DNA from: Octopus bimaculoides
Lineage: Eukaryota
Direction of reading: 5' to 3'
DNA length: 40,301 nt
Assembly (NCBI RefSeq): GCF_001194135.2
Contig: NC_069005.1
Coordinates: 20,389,652-20,429,952 of the forward strand
A program made the position numbers and the translations under genes. This document shows positions 10,805-22,358 of this stretch, piece by piece. Each line of letters starts with the position of its first letter. Within the stretch, counting starts at the first letter, position 1. The notes below the pieces were generated by a model. That model was not told where the DNA came from, searched no databases, and saw only the letters and a program-made list of their open reading frames with translations.

Positions 10805-11718
10805 ATATATATGTATCTTCTATGGTTTAACTTTTACTGAGGTCATGCTGGAACACCACCTTTCAGTGTGATTGGGTTTTTTCCCTGTACTGTTTCTGGT
10901 GAAGTAGTGTGTTGGACAGAGTAGCTCTTCTTTGTGCTTCCTGCTGCAATGTAGGTTCCTCTGATATTTCAGATAAAAAATTTCTCCAGATGCTCTTTGA
11001 AGACTTCCACATCTGTACCTTCAAAATCTCTCAAGTTGTTTGGCAGAATGTTGAATAGCTGTGGGCCCTTGAAACCCAAGCTGTTACAGTACTGGATCCT
11101 TAATCTAGATGGAAAATGCAAGATATTTGGTATTATGCAGTCTGGTAGTAGATATAGCTTTTGATTTCGAAGTTGAGAGCTAGACCTTCCAGGATCTGTA
11201 TATCACTGCATATCTTTCATGCCCCCTCCCCAGAATAGAGCTTCAGTTCTTGTAGCCTCTCTCAGTAGCTCATCTGTTTTCCTGAGTCAATCTTCTTTGT
11301 GTGGTGGCACTTTATTGCCTCAAGTTCTGCCACCAGTTTGATACTGTGGTTACCACAGTTGGGAGCAGTAATCCAGATGACTGAGAATGAAAGTTCTCCA
11401 TAGGAGTAGCATGGTATCCATTTTTCTTGGTTCTGAATGATCCCAGAATCCATACAGCTACTCACCTGGAGAGTGTTACCATCTAGGTAATATGCACATG
11501 GAATGTTGCATAATTACTCATGTGGATTCCCAGGTCACACACCAACTCTGACTCTGGGATTGCACTACCCTCTGGTCCTGTGTATTCCAGCTGCAGTCTT
11601 TGTGGGCCAATAGTGAAGTGCTTGAAATTTCTCAGTTTTGAACTGCATGTTCTTTTCATCAGCCCATTTTCAGGTTGCATTCAGGTTGTTTTGCAGTTTT
11701 ATTGTGACAGTAGGAGGA
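10805..11718 (-). mobile_element. CR1/L2-clade LINE, 5'-truncated ORF2 end plus 3' UTR (copy A)
   Basis: VCDLGIHMS, KLVAELEAIKCHHTKKIDSGKQMSY (ELE.IQR.FTK.I), VFKEHL.KFLSEISEEP, SNTLLHQ then stop. Confidence 0.85.
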
Positions 11719-11719
11719 T

Positions 11720-12360
11720 TAGATAACTGAGATAACTGAGATAGGTTTTGGCCAGTATAGGCCCAGGTCATGTCTAACTTAATAGCACCATCTAGTGAAG
11801 TCTTTTAGATTGTAATTCACAACTTAGTCATATATGGGACACCATGGCCCACTCTAGCAAAGAGTTATTATTGTTGGAGACATATCCAGATTAGGAGGTT
11901 GGTCTGAGATTTTTTGAAGAAATTTATCCAGAGAACTTTTGAATTTTCAGGTATCTGTTTCTGTTTTGATTATTTTGGTATAATATTAAAGAGAGCTGGA
12001 CTGGTTGAGGTAAAGTAGTTGTGTCATAATGTTATGTGTCTTGAGTTCGATTTTTGTAGTGGGTGGATTTTAAAATTGATGCCAACATCATTTGTGCAAT
12101 ATTGATGGAATATTTTCCACATCACACAAATGATGTACCACTCACAGTGGTATTGGAGAGAGTAGAGATTGAGTTTTTTTTAGTCGACCCCTATAGTCAA
12201 TTGACTCATTCTGGCAGTTACTACATCTGGCCCTTTTTCTCGGTTGTCTTCATTCAGTCTTGTCACCAGATAGTAGAAGAGCAGGAAGAGAGAGTGAGTG
12301 TAGTTGTTGTGCAATACTACCTCACCTTAAAAATCTTGCAGTGCAGCTTTACTTTTTCTT
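11720..12360 (-). mobile_element. CR1/L2-clade LINE 3' end (copy B, different family) with 9-bp tandem tail
   Basis: MSQLTYRGRLKKLNLYSLQ...WKIFH, FKSSLDKFLQKISDQP. Tail (CTCAGTTAT)n at about 11720-11745. Confidence 0.8.
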
Positions 12361-12404
12361 TTCATTGGAAGTTTTGTGGCAATGACAACAGAGGCATAAG
12401 CTGA

Positions 12405-12620
12405 AAGCTCTCAGTCACAAACTCACACACAAGCTAGCTCAGGGTATTTGACTGTTGCTTGATAAACAGCTGTTCAGTCTAAGAGACCAACAGAATATGT
12501 ACCAGGCTTAAAGAAAAATAAACAAGTACTGGGGTTGATTCATTCAACTAAAAATTCTTCCAGGCAGTGCCCCAGTATGGCCACTGTCTAATGAATAGAA
12601 CAAGTAAAAGATAAAAGATA
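12405..12620 (+). mobile_element. SINE family 1, 3' half
   Basis: GGGGTTGATTCATTC...GGCAGTGCCCCAGTATGGCC...CAAGTAAAAGATAAAAGA. Confidence 0.7.
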
Positions 12621-13489
12621 TTTATGTATGTATTGCTATATATATGTATGTATATCTCCGGATAATTAACATGTACTTTTCCTTAAAGGTATGTCAACTT
12701 CGGAGAATTCTTGATTATTGAAATTATGTCACCGAGCTGGTCTTAATTGCTATTTGGTAATTATGGCATATCCTTTAGAAGCAAAGACAATTTTAATAGA
12801 ACCAAGAATTTATGTTGTAGAGTATTTGCTATACCTGTATTTGTCTGTGTTGTTCCAATACATGCCACTCACAACTCTAAATTATTTCTCTCAGCTCATT
12901 TTGCTTAATGAATGCAAATCAGCTTGACTATAAATGTTTTCTGGGGTTTTTTTTCCATACAAATCTAAGTCCATTGGCTACCAGAGATAAGTTTGGGCAA
13001 CTGATGCACTGATGACACTTATTGAGGCAGAAACGGGTCTAGGACTGTCTTCTTATCTCTAGATAAGCCTTGTTGTGCTGACAATAAGATGGAAGCAGGG
13101 AAAATAATTCTAGTGTTGGTTGCCTGGCTAACTATGCAGCTTTCCAGCAAAAAAACAAGGTGCTTGGTATTGACAATGGGAGCCAACTTGAAGTGAGACT
13201 AAGGGGAAAGAGAAGTTACACTGAAGCTTTAGTATGCAGCAATTGCTTTTAAACCCATTGAAGAAGACCACATTGGCAACAAAATAAAATGTGTTTGCAT
13301 ATGTTTGTGTTGTGTGTGAGTAGTTTTTATTTTTATACACACACACAGACACACATCCAAGATGTCAACGTTGATATTTTTACAGAAATAGAATGTATAG
13401 ATGTACCAAATGATACAATACTCTTCAGCAGACTACAATATTAATTGCAAATTTAAACTTTGAATTCACATTCGTCCTCAAAAAGGTTA

Positions 13490-14030
13490 TTGTTTGGAGT
13501 TGTAAATGAATGGAACAGTCTGGAGGAACATGGGATGAATTATGTGGAGCATTTAAGAATTTTCTTTGTATCCAACAATGTGGAAGGCAATAAGAAATAC
13601 TATTGTCTATGGTTGATAAACAATTCTTTAATTCTTTAAGGTCTATCCTATAATAAACTGGGTGAAAAAAATATTTTTATGAACTCTGTCAGCTCATGGA
13701 GAAACATGTTCACCCTGTTCCTAATGTAATTCATGAGCAGTTTTTGTTATATTCTTTCAGAACATGTAAGGCTACCCACAAGATGAATCTGAAAATTCAT
13801 TCATAAACTGCCAGAGAAATGTGAATGCTTCTGTTGTGGAAACACCAACCATCTTACTAATGTGTGTTCTTTCAAAAATAGGGGAGGTTTTGTGCACAAA
13901 CACGTTGGACATACTCATTGCAGATGTAGGCAATTCAGTGAGAAAAGGAAGGATGTCAGAAAGATCTGTAGTAAATAACATGGATGAGAAGGAAGATGGC
14001 TGTTGGACATTGTCACAGCTGTATTGACAA
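13490..14030 (+). mobile_element. Ty3/Gypsy gag relic (capsid N-terminus and CCHC zinc knuckle)
   Basis: Frameshifted NYVEHL..FFVSNNVEGNKK, YELCQLMEKHVHPVPNVIHEQF, and CFCCGNTNHLTNVC (CX2CX4HX4C). Confidence 0.75.
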
Positions 14031-14124
14031 TTTTATCCCGCCACCTGATGTTAAGAATTTTTCACAGGCATGTTAGATGAAAGTAGTTAAGCTTTTGGCA
14101 TGTTACAACAACTTTGTATTTGTC

Positions 14125-16400
14125 AAGTTTTATTTTTATAGTCAGACCAGGTCTTTAACACACATTGTTATGAAGATATCCAAATGCAAAGCTGATTTTT
14201 GCTATACTTGTGTCCACTTCATTATCAATGTAAAGACTGATTGACAGTGGTTCAATGTAAGGTTTTCCTGGAGTGGGTTGTTAGATGACTCCAGTGTGTT
14301 TGATAGTGATTGTGAAACTGAAGCTATCACAAGCTGAAGCAAAGCTGTCTAAGTTCTGTTGAAGATTTGCTTTCAGAACACAATCATCCACAAAAAGGAA
14401 CTCCTTTGTGGTAGTGATCCTGGTTTCAGTCTCAGCTTTTTGGTAGCTGGTGATAAAAAGACCACCATCTTAGCTGTATCTGATGAGATGCCAAGTGTTT
14501 CACGGGAGAATACATCATGAAACACTGCACTAAACATCAAGCTGAAAAACAGAAGTGCCAGAATGCAACCTTGTTTCACACCATTGGTTATTGTGAAAAG
14601 TGCTGAGAATTTTCCATCATTCAAGACACGAGCTTGCACACCATCTTGAAATTTATATGTCATATTAATGAACTTGTCTGCTTACAGTATCAAAAGCCTA
14701 GACCAGATTGATGAATATAGTGTAGAGATCTTGATTTTGTTCCTGACATTTTTATTGAAGCTGTCATGCAACAAGGATCATGTCCATGGTCCCACAAGAT
14801 TCTTGGAAACCACATTGACAGTTGGGAAGAAGCCCAGATTCAAGATGTTTGAGTCAATTGAGCAGGACTTGCATTAGGATTTTTCCTGCAAATGGCATGA
14901 GTGATATGTCCCTGTAGTTGTTACAATGAAGGCCATTTTCTTTTCTTTTATAGAGGTGTATGATGCAGACATCTTTGAATTCTTATAGAATTTGTTTGTG
15001 CTCCAACATTGTAGCAAACAGTGCAAATAGTTTATCCTGTATTCTCTGTCCACCATGTTTGTAGATCTCAGCAGGAATTGTATCAGACCCAGCAACTTTA
15101 CCATCGGTCAGTCATTTAAAAGTCAATTGAAAATCTCATCAAGTGTATGTGGGTCACTTAAATGATAGTGGATACATGAGGTAGCTGGTTTACTGCCTCT
15201 ACAATTATATGAAAGGGGTAATTCAAGAAAGAATCAAATTGTTCTGCCCATTGCCTTAATATCAGTGATTTCTTTGTTAGGTGACAGTTCTTTTTTTTTT
15301 TACCATTTCATAGTAGCCTTTAATGTCTTATCTCAAGCAGGTTGTGCATTTCCCTAGCTCATTGCTGAATTCACTCATTTTCCATAGTTCTGAGTTCTTT
15401 CTACAGTAGATGACAATAACTTATATAGGCTGATTCATTTCCTTGTGTGTTGTTTGCAAGAAACTTTTGGTGTAATTATTTCTTCCTGTTTAACAACTCT
15501 GCTATTTCATCATCATTCTCATAAAACCAGCCTTGATGTTTATGTTCTATTTCCCTTAACACTTCGAGTGAGGATACATAGTGTCTTGGAATTTGACCCA
15601 CTTATCCTCAATGGAAAGATCCAAGTTATCTAATGAGCAGATTACTGTATCTTCAAGCTTAGTCTGCTTATCCTTGGATCTAAGTTTGTTGAGGTTCAGA
15701 GCAGTTTTTGTTTGTTTATCTTGTGGTCATCTGCTCTTCTCTATTTCGAGTTTGCACTTGATTAACAATAGGTGGTGGTTGGTCCGGCAATTGATACCAC
15801 ACAAAGGCTTGGCAACATATATGTTGTATCAATCTTTCTGATGAGAAATGATGTAGACAGTCAAATGCCAGTGTTTAAAGCAGGGGTGCATCTAAGACAT
15901 GCAGTTCTTAGGAAGGGAGTTTTAAAGTGGTGTTCATCAAGAATAACTGGTTCACAGTACAAAACTGGGGTAAAAGTTTACCCCTGGAATCACAGTTGCC
16001 AATGCCATTAGTTCTTAACACACTCTGCCATGTCCTGTGATCAGTCCTGGCACTGGTAAGATGAGTTTTTCTATTTGAGGAATGGCTGAAATTAGTGATG
16101 ACAGACCTTTGCAGAACTTCATGTTGGATGTTTGGTCAAGGGTCATCATAAGGGCACAGCAGCTTACAAGGTTGACAAAACTGTCTTATTGATAATCTCA
16201 TAATCCTAAGCTAATCATTCATGGCTTTTGGGAGACTTTTTGCTTGGCTATTTTTAACAGCAAAAGCTACACCAGCTTTGCACTTGTCATCTTTATCCAT
16301 CCCTGACCAGTAGAATGTGTAGCCTGCCCCATTTACCTTCAGCTGCCCAATTTCTGGTAGTTTGTTTTACTGAGAGCAGCTATGTCAATATTAATCCTCA
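14125..16400 (-). mobile_element. RTE (BovB-like) LINE ORF2 relic: AP endonuclease through RT
   Basis: RINIDIAALS...GAGYTFYWSG (endonuclease, about 16270-16400), DGVQARVLNDG...TNGVKQGCILA (RT), QPTPGKPYIEP...IDNEVDTSIAK. Many disablements. Confidence 0.88.
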
Positions 16401-16700
16401 TTATCATTTAATGTTTGTTTTCCATGCTGGCATGGGTCAGATAGCTTGGTAGGAGTTGGTAAGGCCAAGGGCCGCACCAGGTTCCATAGTCTGTTTTGAC
16501 TTGGTTTCTACAGCTTGATGCCCTTCCTAATGTCAATCACTTTACAGAGTGTACTGGGTGCTTTTTACATGACATCATCACCAGTACTTTTTGCATGGTA
16601 CCAGCACCAGTGCTTTGTACTTCAATAATTATTTACTGGCAAGGGCTGATCTTCTTGCAGCTCTATCTATTGTGCTGTTGTCAAGTAAAGTGCATACATT
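16400..16700 (-). mobile_element. RTE 3' tail copy
   Basis: TTTTCCATGCTGGCATGGG...GATGCCCTTCCTAATGTCAATCAC. Confidence 0.75.
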
Positions 16701-16949
16701 CCATGCACCAAGCTTTAGTGGTATACGTCATGTCCTAATATCATGACTGCAATATTAGGATTCCATCAGCCATGATCTGTTGACCAGGAAGGAATGAAGC
16801 AGCAATTTTTGAAAGGACACTTTTTGTCACCTTTTTCTTGTTCTAGTGAGTTGAGAATAGTGTGTTCTTGAATAGGATTGCTCAGAAACACCAACACTAG
16901 TTGTCAAGCAGTGGTGGGGAACAGACATGAACACACACATATACATATA

Positions 16950-17040
16950 TATATAAAAGAGACCACTAAGTGGACTGGTAATGTGCTAGAACATTCCAGT
17001 GACCCACATTAGCAGTCCACTTAGTGGTCTCTTTTATATA
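16950..17040. repeat. Near-perfect inverted repeat, 36-bp arms, 19-nt spacer
   Basis: TATATAAAAGAGACCACTAAGTGGACTGGTAATGTG versus CACATTAGCAGTCCACTTAGTGGTCTCTTTTATATA, 1 mismatch. Confidence 0.95.
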
Positions 17041-17156
17041 CACATATACTATAATCCTTTTGAGATCTCAGAAAATTTTTTCTGAATCTTCTGATTCTTT
17101 TAATGTGCTGGTTTCCTGGTATTAAATTGATATTAATTAATATAAAATGTTTACCC

Positions 17157-17199
<43 letters not shown>

Positions 17200-17456
17200 T
17201 AACAGTAGAGGTACAGGTGTCAATTCATTACAGCTGTTACTAATGACTCCTTTAATTGATTAATGAAATCATTACATCATTGTAAATCAAAATGGTTTAA
17301 CATAGATTTAAATCTATGGAGCAAAACATTTACAGTGATTCTGCAACTATTTCAGTTGACAATGGATTTACCATATGTACTAATTACAGGAGGGTAACGA
17401 TAAGACATTAAGTATTAAATATAAGGTAAATAATTAAAAATTATTTGAAATATATA

Positions 17457-19112
17457 ACGAACTAGCAGAGATACCCGGCGTTGCCCGTGTTACATGCAAT
17501 GGAAGAATTAGACTTTTCTGTTATATTTTCTCTAATGTACTGGAATACCTATAATTCGATTCCCTCTTTACACACCGTAAAAAAATTCTAATCATGACAC
17601 ATGTATCCCATACTACTGATCTTTATGCGCAGATACCAAAATTCCAGTCTTATGGAACCTGTTAAAACGGTTTTGCTCCTGAAAAATAAGAGGTCATGGA
17701 GCTCTAAAATGTGGGAGTTAAGGCCCCTATTGGGGGTGGGTGTCTTAATGTCAACCAGAGAAGTTGAATTGTTGAGAATCTTTTTGACTTGGGTGTTATA
17801 TCTATTGTTTGAATTTCTTTGAAATAGGAAATATATGTATGTTCACTGGGTTTGTAAAAGAGAGCAAAGCTACAGGAAACCAAAAGACAGAAGATCACAA
17901 TAAGCAATCAGCTACCCTACCCTAGTCGTTACTACTCCCCAACGTAGAATTCCTCATCATACAGGTGACAGGCACAGCCATAACATGCATTATGGATCTA
18001 TAACAATTGGAAAGGTGTGACCCAACTGAAATAAACATTAACAACTGTGTGACATGAGGGCTAAGGGGAAATGAAAGTGTCACCTCTGGAGTTTGCAACT
18101 GACCACTATACCAATAGGTAACTGGACAGAATAAATTTACAATCTATAAATGTCTTTGAATAACCAGTCACTCATCTGGGAATGCCTTGAAATCAATGTT
18201 ACCACTTGAGGACTATGTGTGACCCAGTGATAATAAAAAGACTCAAAGGAGGTCTGGAAGGAAATAACGTTACTCAACACTTTGCAACTGAATCAGTGGA
18301 AGCCTCTCATTTACTTGACAATTTATGCACCACATTGCAGAAATCACAATGTAAGTATATCTCAAAGCAAACTCTTACACTGTTGTACCATTGAATTACA
18401 AATAATGCTCATCTTTTGTGCTCAGGTAACTCTACAGCTTCGAAGAGCACAACTGTATTCATTTTTGCTTAGATAAAATGACAAAATTGTGGGTGTTAAG
18501 TCCCCATGAAGAGGTCTTTCTAACTTCTAAGAAGATGAAATTTTAGAAATATTACTTCATTTGTGTCTAATATCTATGGTTAAAATTTCATCAACAGCAA
18601 AAATATATGAATTTTCATGGGGGTTATGGCCCTTATGCATAGAATATAATTACCAAATTTCAGAAAAATCCATTCAGTACTTTTGATCTAGTTTTGGATC
18701 ATAAAAAACAACTAAATTTTAGGAGTTAAGGCCCCCATTAGGGGTCTTACAATCCTCATGAGAAGAGGAAAGTTTGAAAATACATCCTGATGTGTGTCAA
18801 TTATCCATGGTTGAAATTTCATCAACATTGAAAATTTATGAATTTTCATGGGGGTTCTGCCCCCTTTAAGCTATCTCAAATTCAAACCAAACATATTGCA
18901 TTATACCTGCCCTTACGCATTGAATCTAAGTTCCAAATATCATAAGCATCCATTCAGTAATTTTGGTCCATGAAATTGTATGAAACACACAGCATTACCC
19001 TTCTCCCTAAGCTTGGATTTTGTGTTCCAAATTTCATTAGGATTGGTGCAGTAGTTTTCGAATGTATAAGTAACACACAAACACACATAAAGACATTGAC
19101 TTTTATATAATA
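17457..19112 (+). mobile_element. Helentron/Helitron-associated non-autonomous element (HINE/DINE-1-like) with internal repeats of about 230 bp
   Basis: 5' ACTAGCAGAGATACCCGGCGTTGCCCG. 3' CCAAATTTCAT...GTAGTTTT...ACACACAAACACAC...TTTTATATAATA. Repeated GTTAAGGCCCC and AAATTTCATCAAC...GAATTTTCATGGGG blocks. Confidence 0.65.
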
Positions 19113-19134
19113 CATATGAATATACACATATAAA

Positions 19135-21030
19135 ACTCTGATTTTCTTAAGGGAGAATAATATGCTATATTTATGTAAAAGGGGGGAAATTTTTATCCAA
19201 TATCACCAGAGATTTTCCACACAGATTAGTAGTTATTGTGCAATGGAAAGGCAGATTATACCAGATTACATCACCTTTCTTAGTATTCCTATTTTTCAGT
19301 AAGTGGTCCCTATCAGCCCTTGTTACCTTTTGAACTCCCTGATAGGCCCTTATTTATGGTATTACCATAAGTATTTCCCTTATTGTAAGTATTGAACAAA
19401 TTCCTCCCATCTAGATCTTTACTTATAGTATGCATACCAGACATTCTTCTACCCTTAGCACCCATTCCATTATTGCTATAATTCTGGCCCATAATTCCAA
19501 TAAGACATCTTAACCCATCCCTACAAGATCTATCTGCTAGGTTAGTTGCTCACTTGGCTCTATATTCATTTTTATTATGTTCAGCAGATTCAGTTGGATT
19601 TTAAGAATTACTAGTACAGTCAATATTCATAAGTTCCTTATTAATAATGTTCGATTTAGTCTTAATTATCTGACTATTAAGTTGTTATTATAGTCTTTCA
19701 AACTTTGAGTTTTGAAGAATAATATCCTGTTTGTATCCTGTCTGAGAGCAGAGTTATAAAAGTGTGAGTAGCTGATAATAGTGTAATTCTTTTCGAAATT
19801 CCCTTTATGACTAATACACTAGTGGGGTTATTTGAGGATCTATTCACATACTGGGTAACTTCCTCCAGTTTTCTATATGGATAATATAAACCAGAATTCA
19901 GATGAAATGTAACATCTAAGAAATTTACTATTTTTGTGTTGCATTCAGAAGTGAGCCCTAAGTTAAAGGTTTTGAAAAATTTCCTAATTTTTTCCCAAGT
20001 TCTTTCTATGACAACCTTACTATTATTTGGCATAATAAATAACAAGTCATCCCTATATAACAAGTCATCCCTATATAGACCACCCCACAGACCAGGGAAC
20101 TCCCTACCAAGACAGTGTAGGAGGTAGGCACCAACTAAATCTGTAACCTGGGCTGAGTCGCTTTAACCCATGATAATATCAAAATTATCAGGAGTGTTGC
20201 TTCTCGTCCACAGTTTACCTTCAAATTCAATAATGATTTTCTTAGTTAAAAGAATTATATCTATTTTATCCCTAGTCGAAGGAGAGAAATCCTTATAAAA
20301 AAACAGGGCCGTATTAAGGAGAATAGGGTAAATACTAGAACAGTAAGTGTTTATGTCAAATTGAATGAAAGAATACTTACTTAAATTGCTAATTGAGGTA
20401 AACCAGTGTGCTATTTCTGTCAGTATTACACCATAATTTAAGAAATAATTTTGGAATTAAAAGAGATATAACACTATCCAGAATGGATGTATAAAGCCGA
20501 CCAATATCAGATCTAGTAAGACATAGAAGCCTAACAGAAGGATTATCCTGAAAATTCTTTTTATGGTCCTTGAGGTTGATTTTAGGTTCACATAGCTTGA
20601 TGGGTTCCATTCAGTCCACCAAGTTAAGGTCCATCATAATTTTTTTTAGCTTCTGAGATAATCTTAAAGGGGTTAGCCTTCTATAAGTACTGTAGTCTAA
20701 TCTAAATAAGTTCCCTGTCTTATCTGCTGGCACAGGCAATCCTAGTTTATTCCTAAATGATTTCATAAAGTCTTGTATTTTCATCAGATATGGGTTCCTA
20801 CTAAGTGGGTTACTCATCTATATTTCATTCACCTGTCTTGGAATCTGTCCTTCGTAAATATTATGGACCATATATCTAATATAATGTACATGTCTGAACA
20901 GCTCAAGAGCAGATTTCTTTACCCAGTTGGGGCTAATTGTCTACATACACTGCAAGAATATCATTTGACCAGTACTTATGTACCAAGTTTGATATTTACA
21001 TAATACTGTTGTGTGTGTATATTATTCCTA
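19135..21030 (-). mobile_element. Penelope-like element (PLE) RT relic, truncated before any GIY-YIG domain
   Basis: VPADKTGN, LKDHKKNF..PSVRLL, QFDI, FDIIMG*SDSAQVTDLVG, GLYRDD, VNFLDVTF.L..G.YYPYRK, SSNNP, linker VIWYNLPF...KNFPP. Confidence 0.88.
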
Positions 21031-21208
21031 CCTAAGGAGGTGCCTCAATTTAAGTACCTAATTCAACTGAATCTTATATATATACACACACACATATACA
21101 TATATATATTCAGATGAATATGGTACTTAAGTTGAGGCACCAGAATTTAGTACGGTATTATCCATACAATTTCAAAATAAGGTGATTATAATCAAAATAT
21201 TTTGATTT

Positions 21209-21256
<48 letters not shown>

Positions 21257-21257
<1 letters not shown>

Positions 21258-21410
21258 GATGGGTTCTTTTCAGTTTCTGTCTACCAAATCCACTCACAAG
21301 GCTTTAGTCAGCTCAAGGCTATAATAGAAGATACCCTAGCTGCCATGTCTTGGGGACTGAAGCCGGAACTATGTAGTTGGGAAGCATGCTTCTTCACGTA
21401 GCCACGCTTG
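21257..21410 (-). mobile_element. SINE family 1, 5' half
   Basis: CAGTTTCTGTCTACCAAATCCACTCACAAGGC...GGGACTGAAGCCGGAAC. Confidence 0.8.
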
Positions 21411-22122
21411 GGGATGCATTTTGAAACATATGAAATGCTTTCAAAATGTCATTATTTGGTTTGAATTCAATATTACAAATTATATATCTATCTATATACA
21501 CACACACATACATAAGCAACTATCTACCTATATACACATGTTTAAATATTTTACTTTTATACACACTCACATCGTATTTACTGGAGTACAATGCCATCTT
21601 ATAAATTGTGCAATCCTTACTTTTTCACCTTAACATCAATAATATATTTTAGTTTTTTTTTCTTCTACACTCGAGTATAATGCTACCCCTCTGTTTTGTA
21701 CTAAATTTCTCGCCTCACACAAAAGTAAATATGGTATCTATTTTCCAAAATGATTTGTGTTGACAAAATAGTTAGAGCATTACTAAGATAAAATATTTTG
21801 TGGTATTATCGCTCTGAGTGGATTGATTTCAAATCTTGCTGAGATCAACTTAACATTTCATCCACTCCAGAATCAATTTAATCATCTATATCCCTTCCCT
21901 CACAAATGTGTTGTACCTGCGATAGAAATGATTATCATTGTCATTAACGATCCTTTATCCTTCCATCGTTAATTAAAAAAAATAAGGTACTTAATAAAGT
22001 ACTAAGGTCTGTTTAGAACGACATTACTTGTTTCTTTTAGAACTATTGGAAATCGTTTAAAAATTTATAATAGCAATAAATTTAGTTTTAAATATTAGTA
22101 AAAAAAAAAAAAAGTTTCTTAC

Positions 22123-22231
22123 CTAAAAATTTGACGATGTGTCGGCTGGCCCGAAGAAGTTGGATAACTTCTATGTGGCCTTGGTCAGTAATTGCAGGGA
22201 ATAAATACGTGGAATCACCGAAAAATGTCAT
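22123..22231 (-). CDS. GLTP: Glycolipid transfer protein (GLTP-domain) gene, first coding exon (36 aa plus 1 nt, phase 1)
   Basis: MTFFGDSTYLFPAITDQGHIEVIQLLRASRHIVKFL resembles GLTP/FAPP2 GLTP-domain N-termini (TFF..., I..FL.A...IV..LD). Acceptor CTCTTCGTTACCAG|A-ATG and strong donor TTAG|GTAAGA. The phase-1 intron falls just before the conserved Asp, as I recall for human GLTP exon 1. Orthology (GLTP versus PLEKHA8-type) rests on one exon plus synteny. Confidence 0.8.
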
Positions 22232-22358
22232 TCTGGTAACGAAGAGCTGTCGTTGTTTGTATTGTTAAGTCATATGTATATATTCACACCTATATATGTA
22301 TAAACCTCCTCTCCCTCTCTATGTATGTATGTGTGTGTGTCTATATATATAGTCTTAC

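Noticed and set aside
13740-13770. Plus-strand acceptor-like TTCTTTCAG before a Cys-rich frame, as a host zinc-finger exon
   Set aside because: The flanking frames on both sides match Gypsy gag, so it is a TE relic.
18180-18225. Minus-strand S-G-N-I codons as GLTP exon 2 (also N-G-N-I at about 415-430)
   Set aside because: In-frame stop just upstream, no D.LG or PVK.D context, and the 18 kb hit lies inside a TE.
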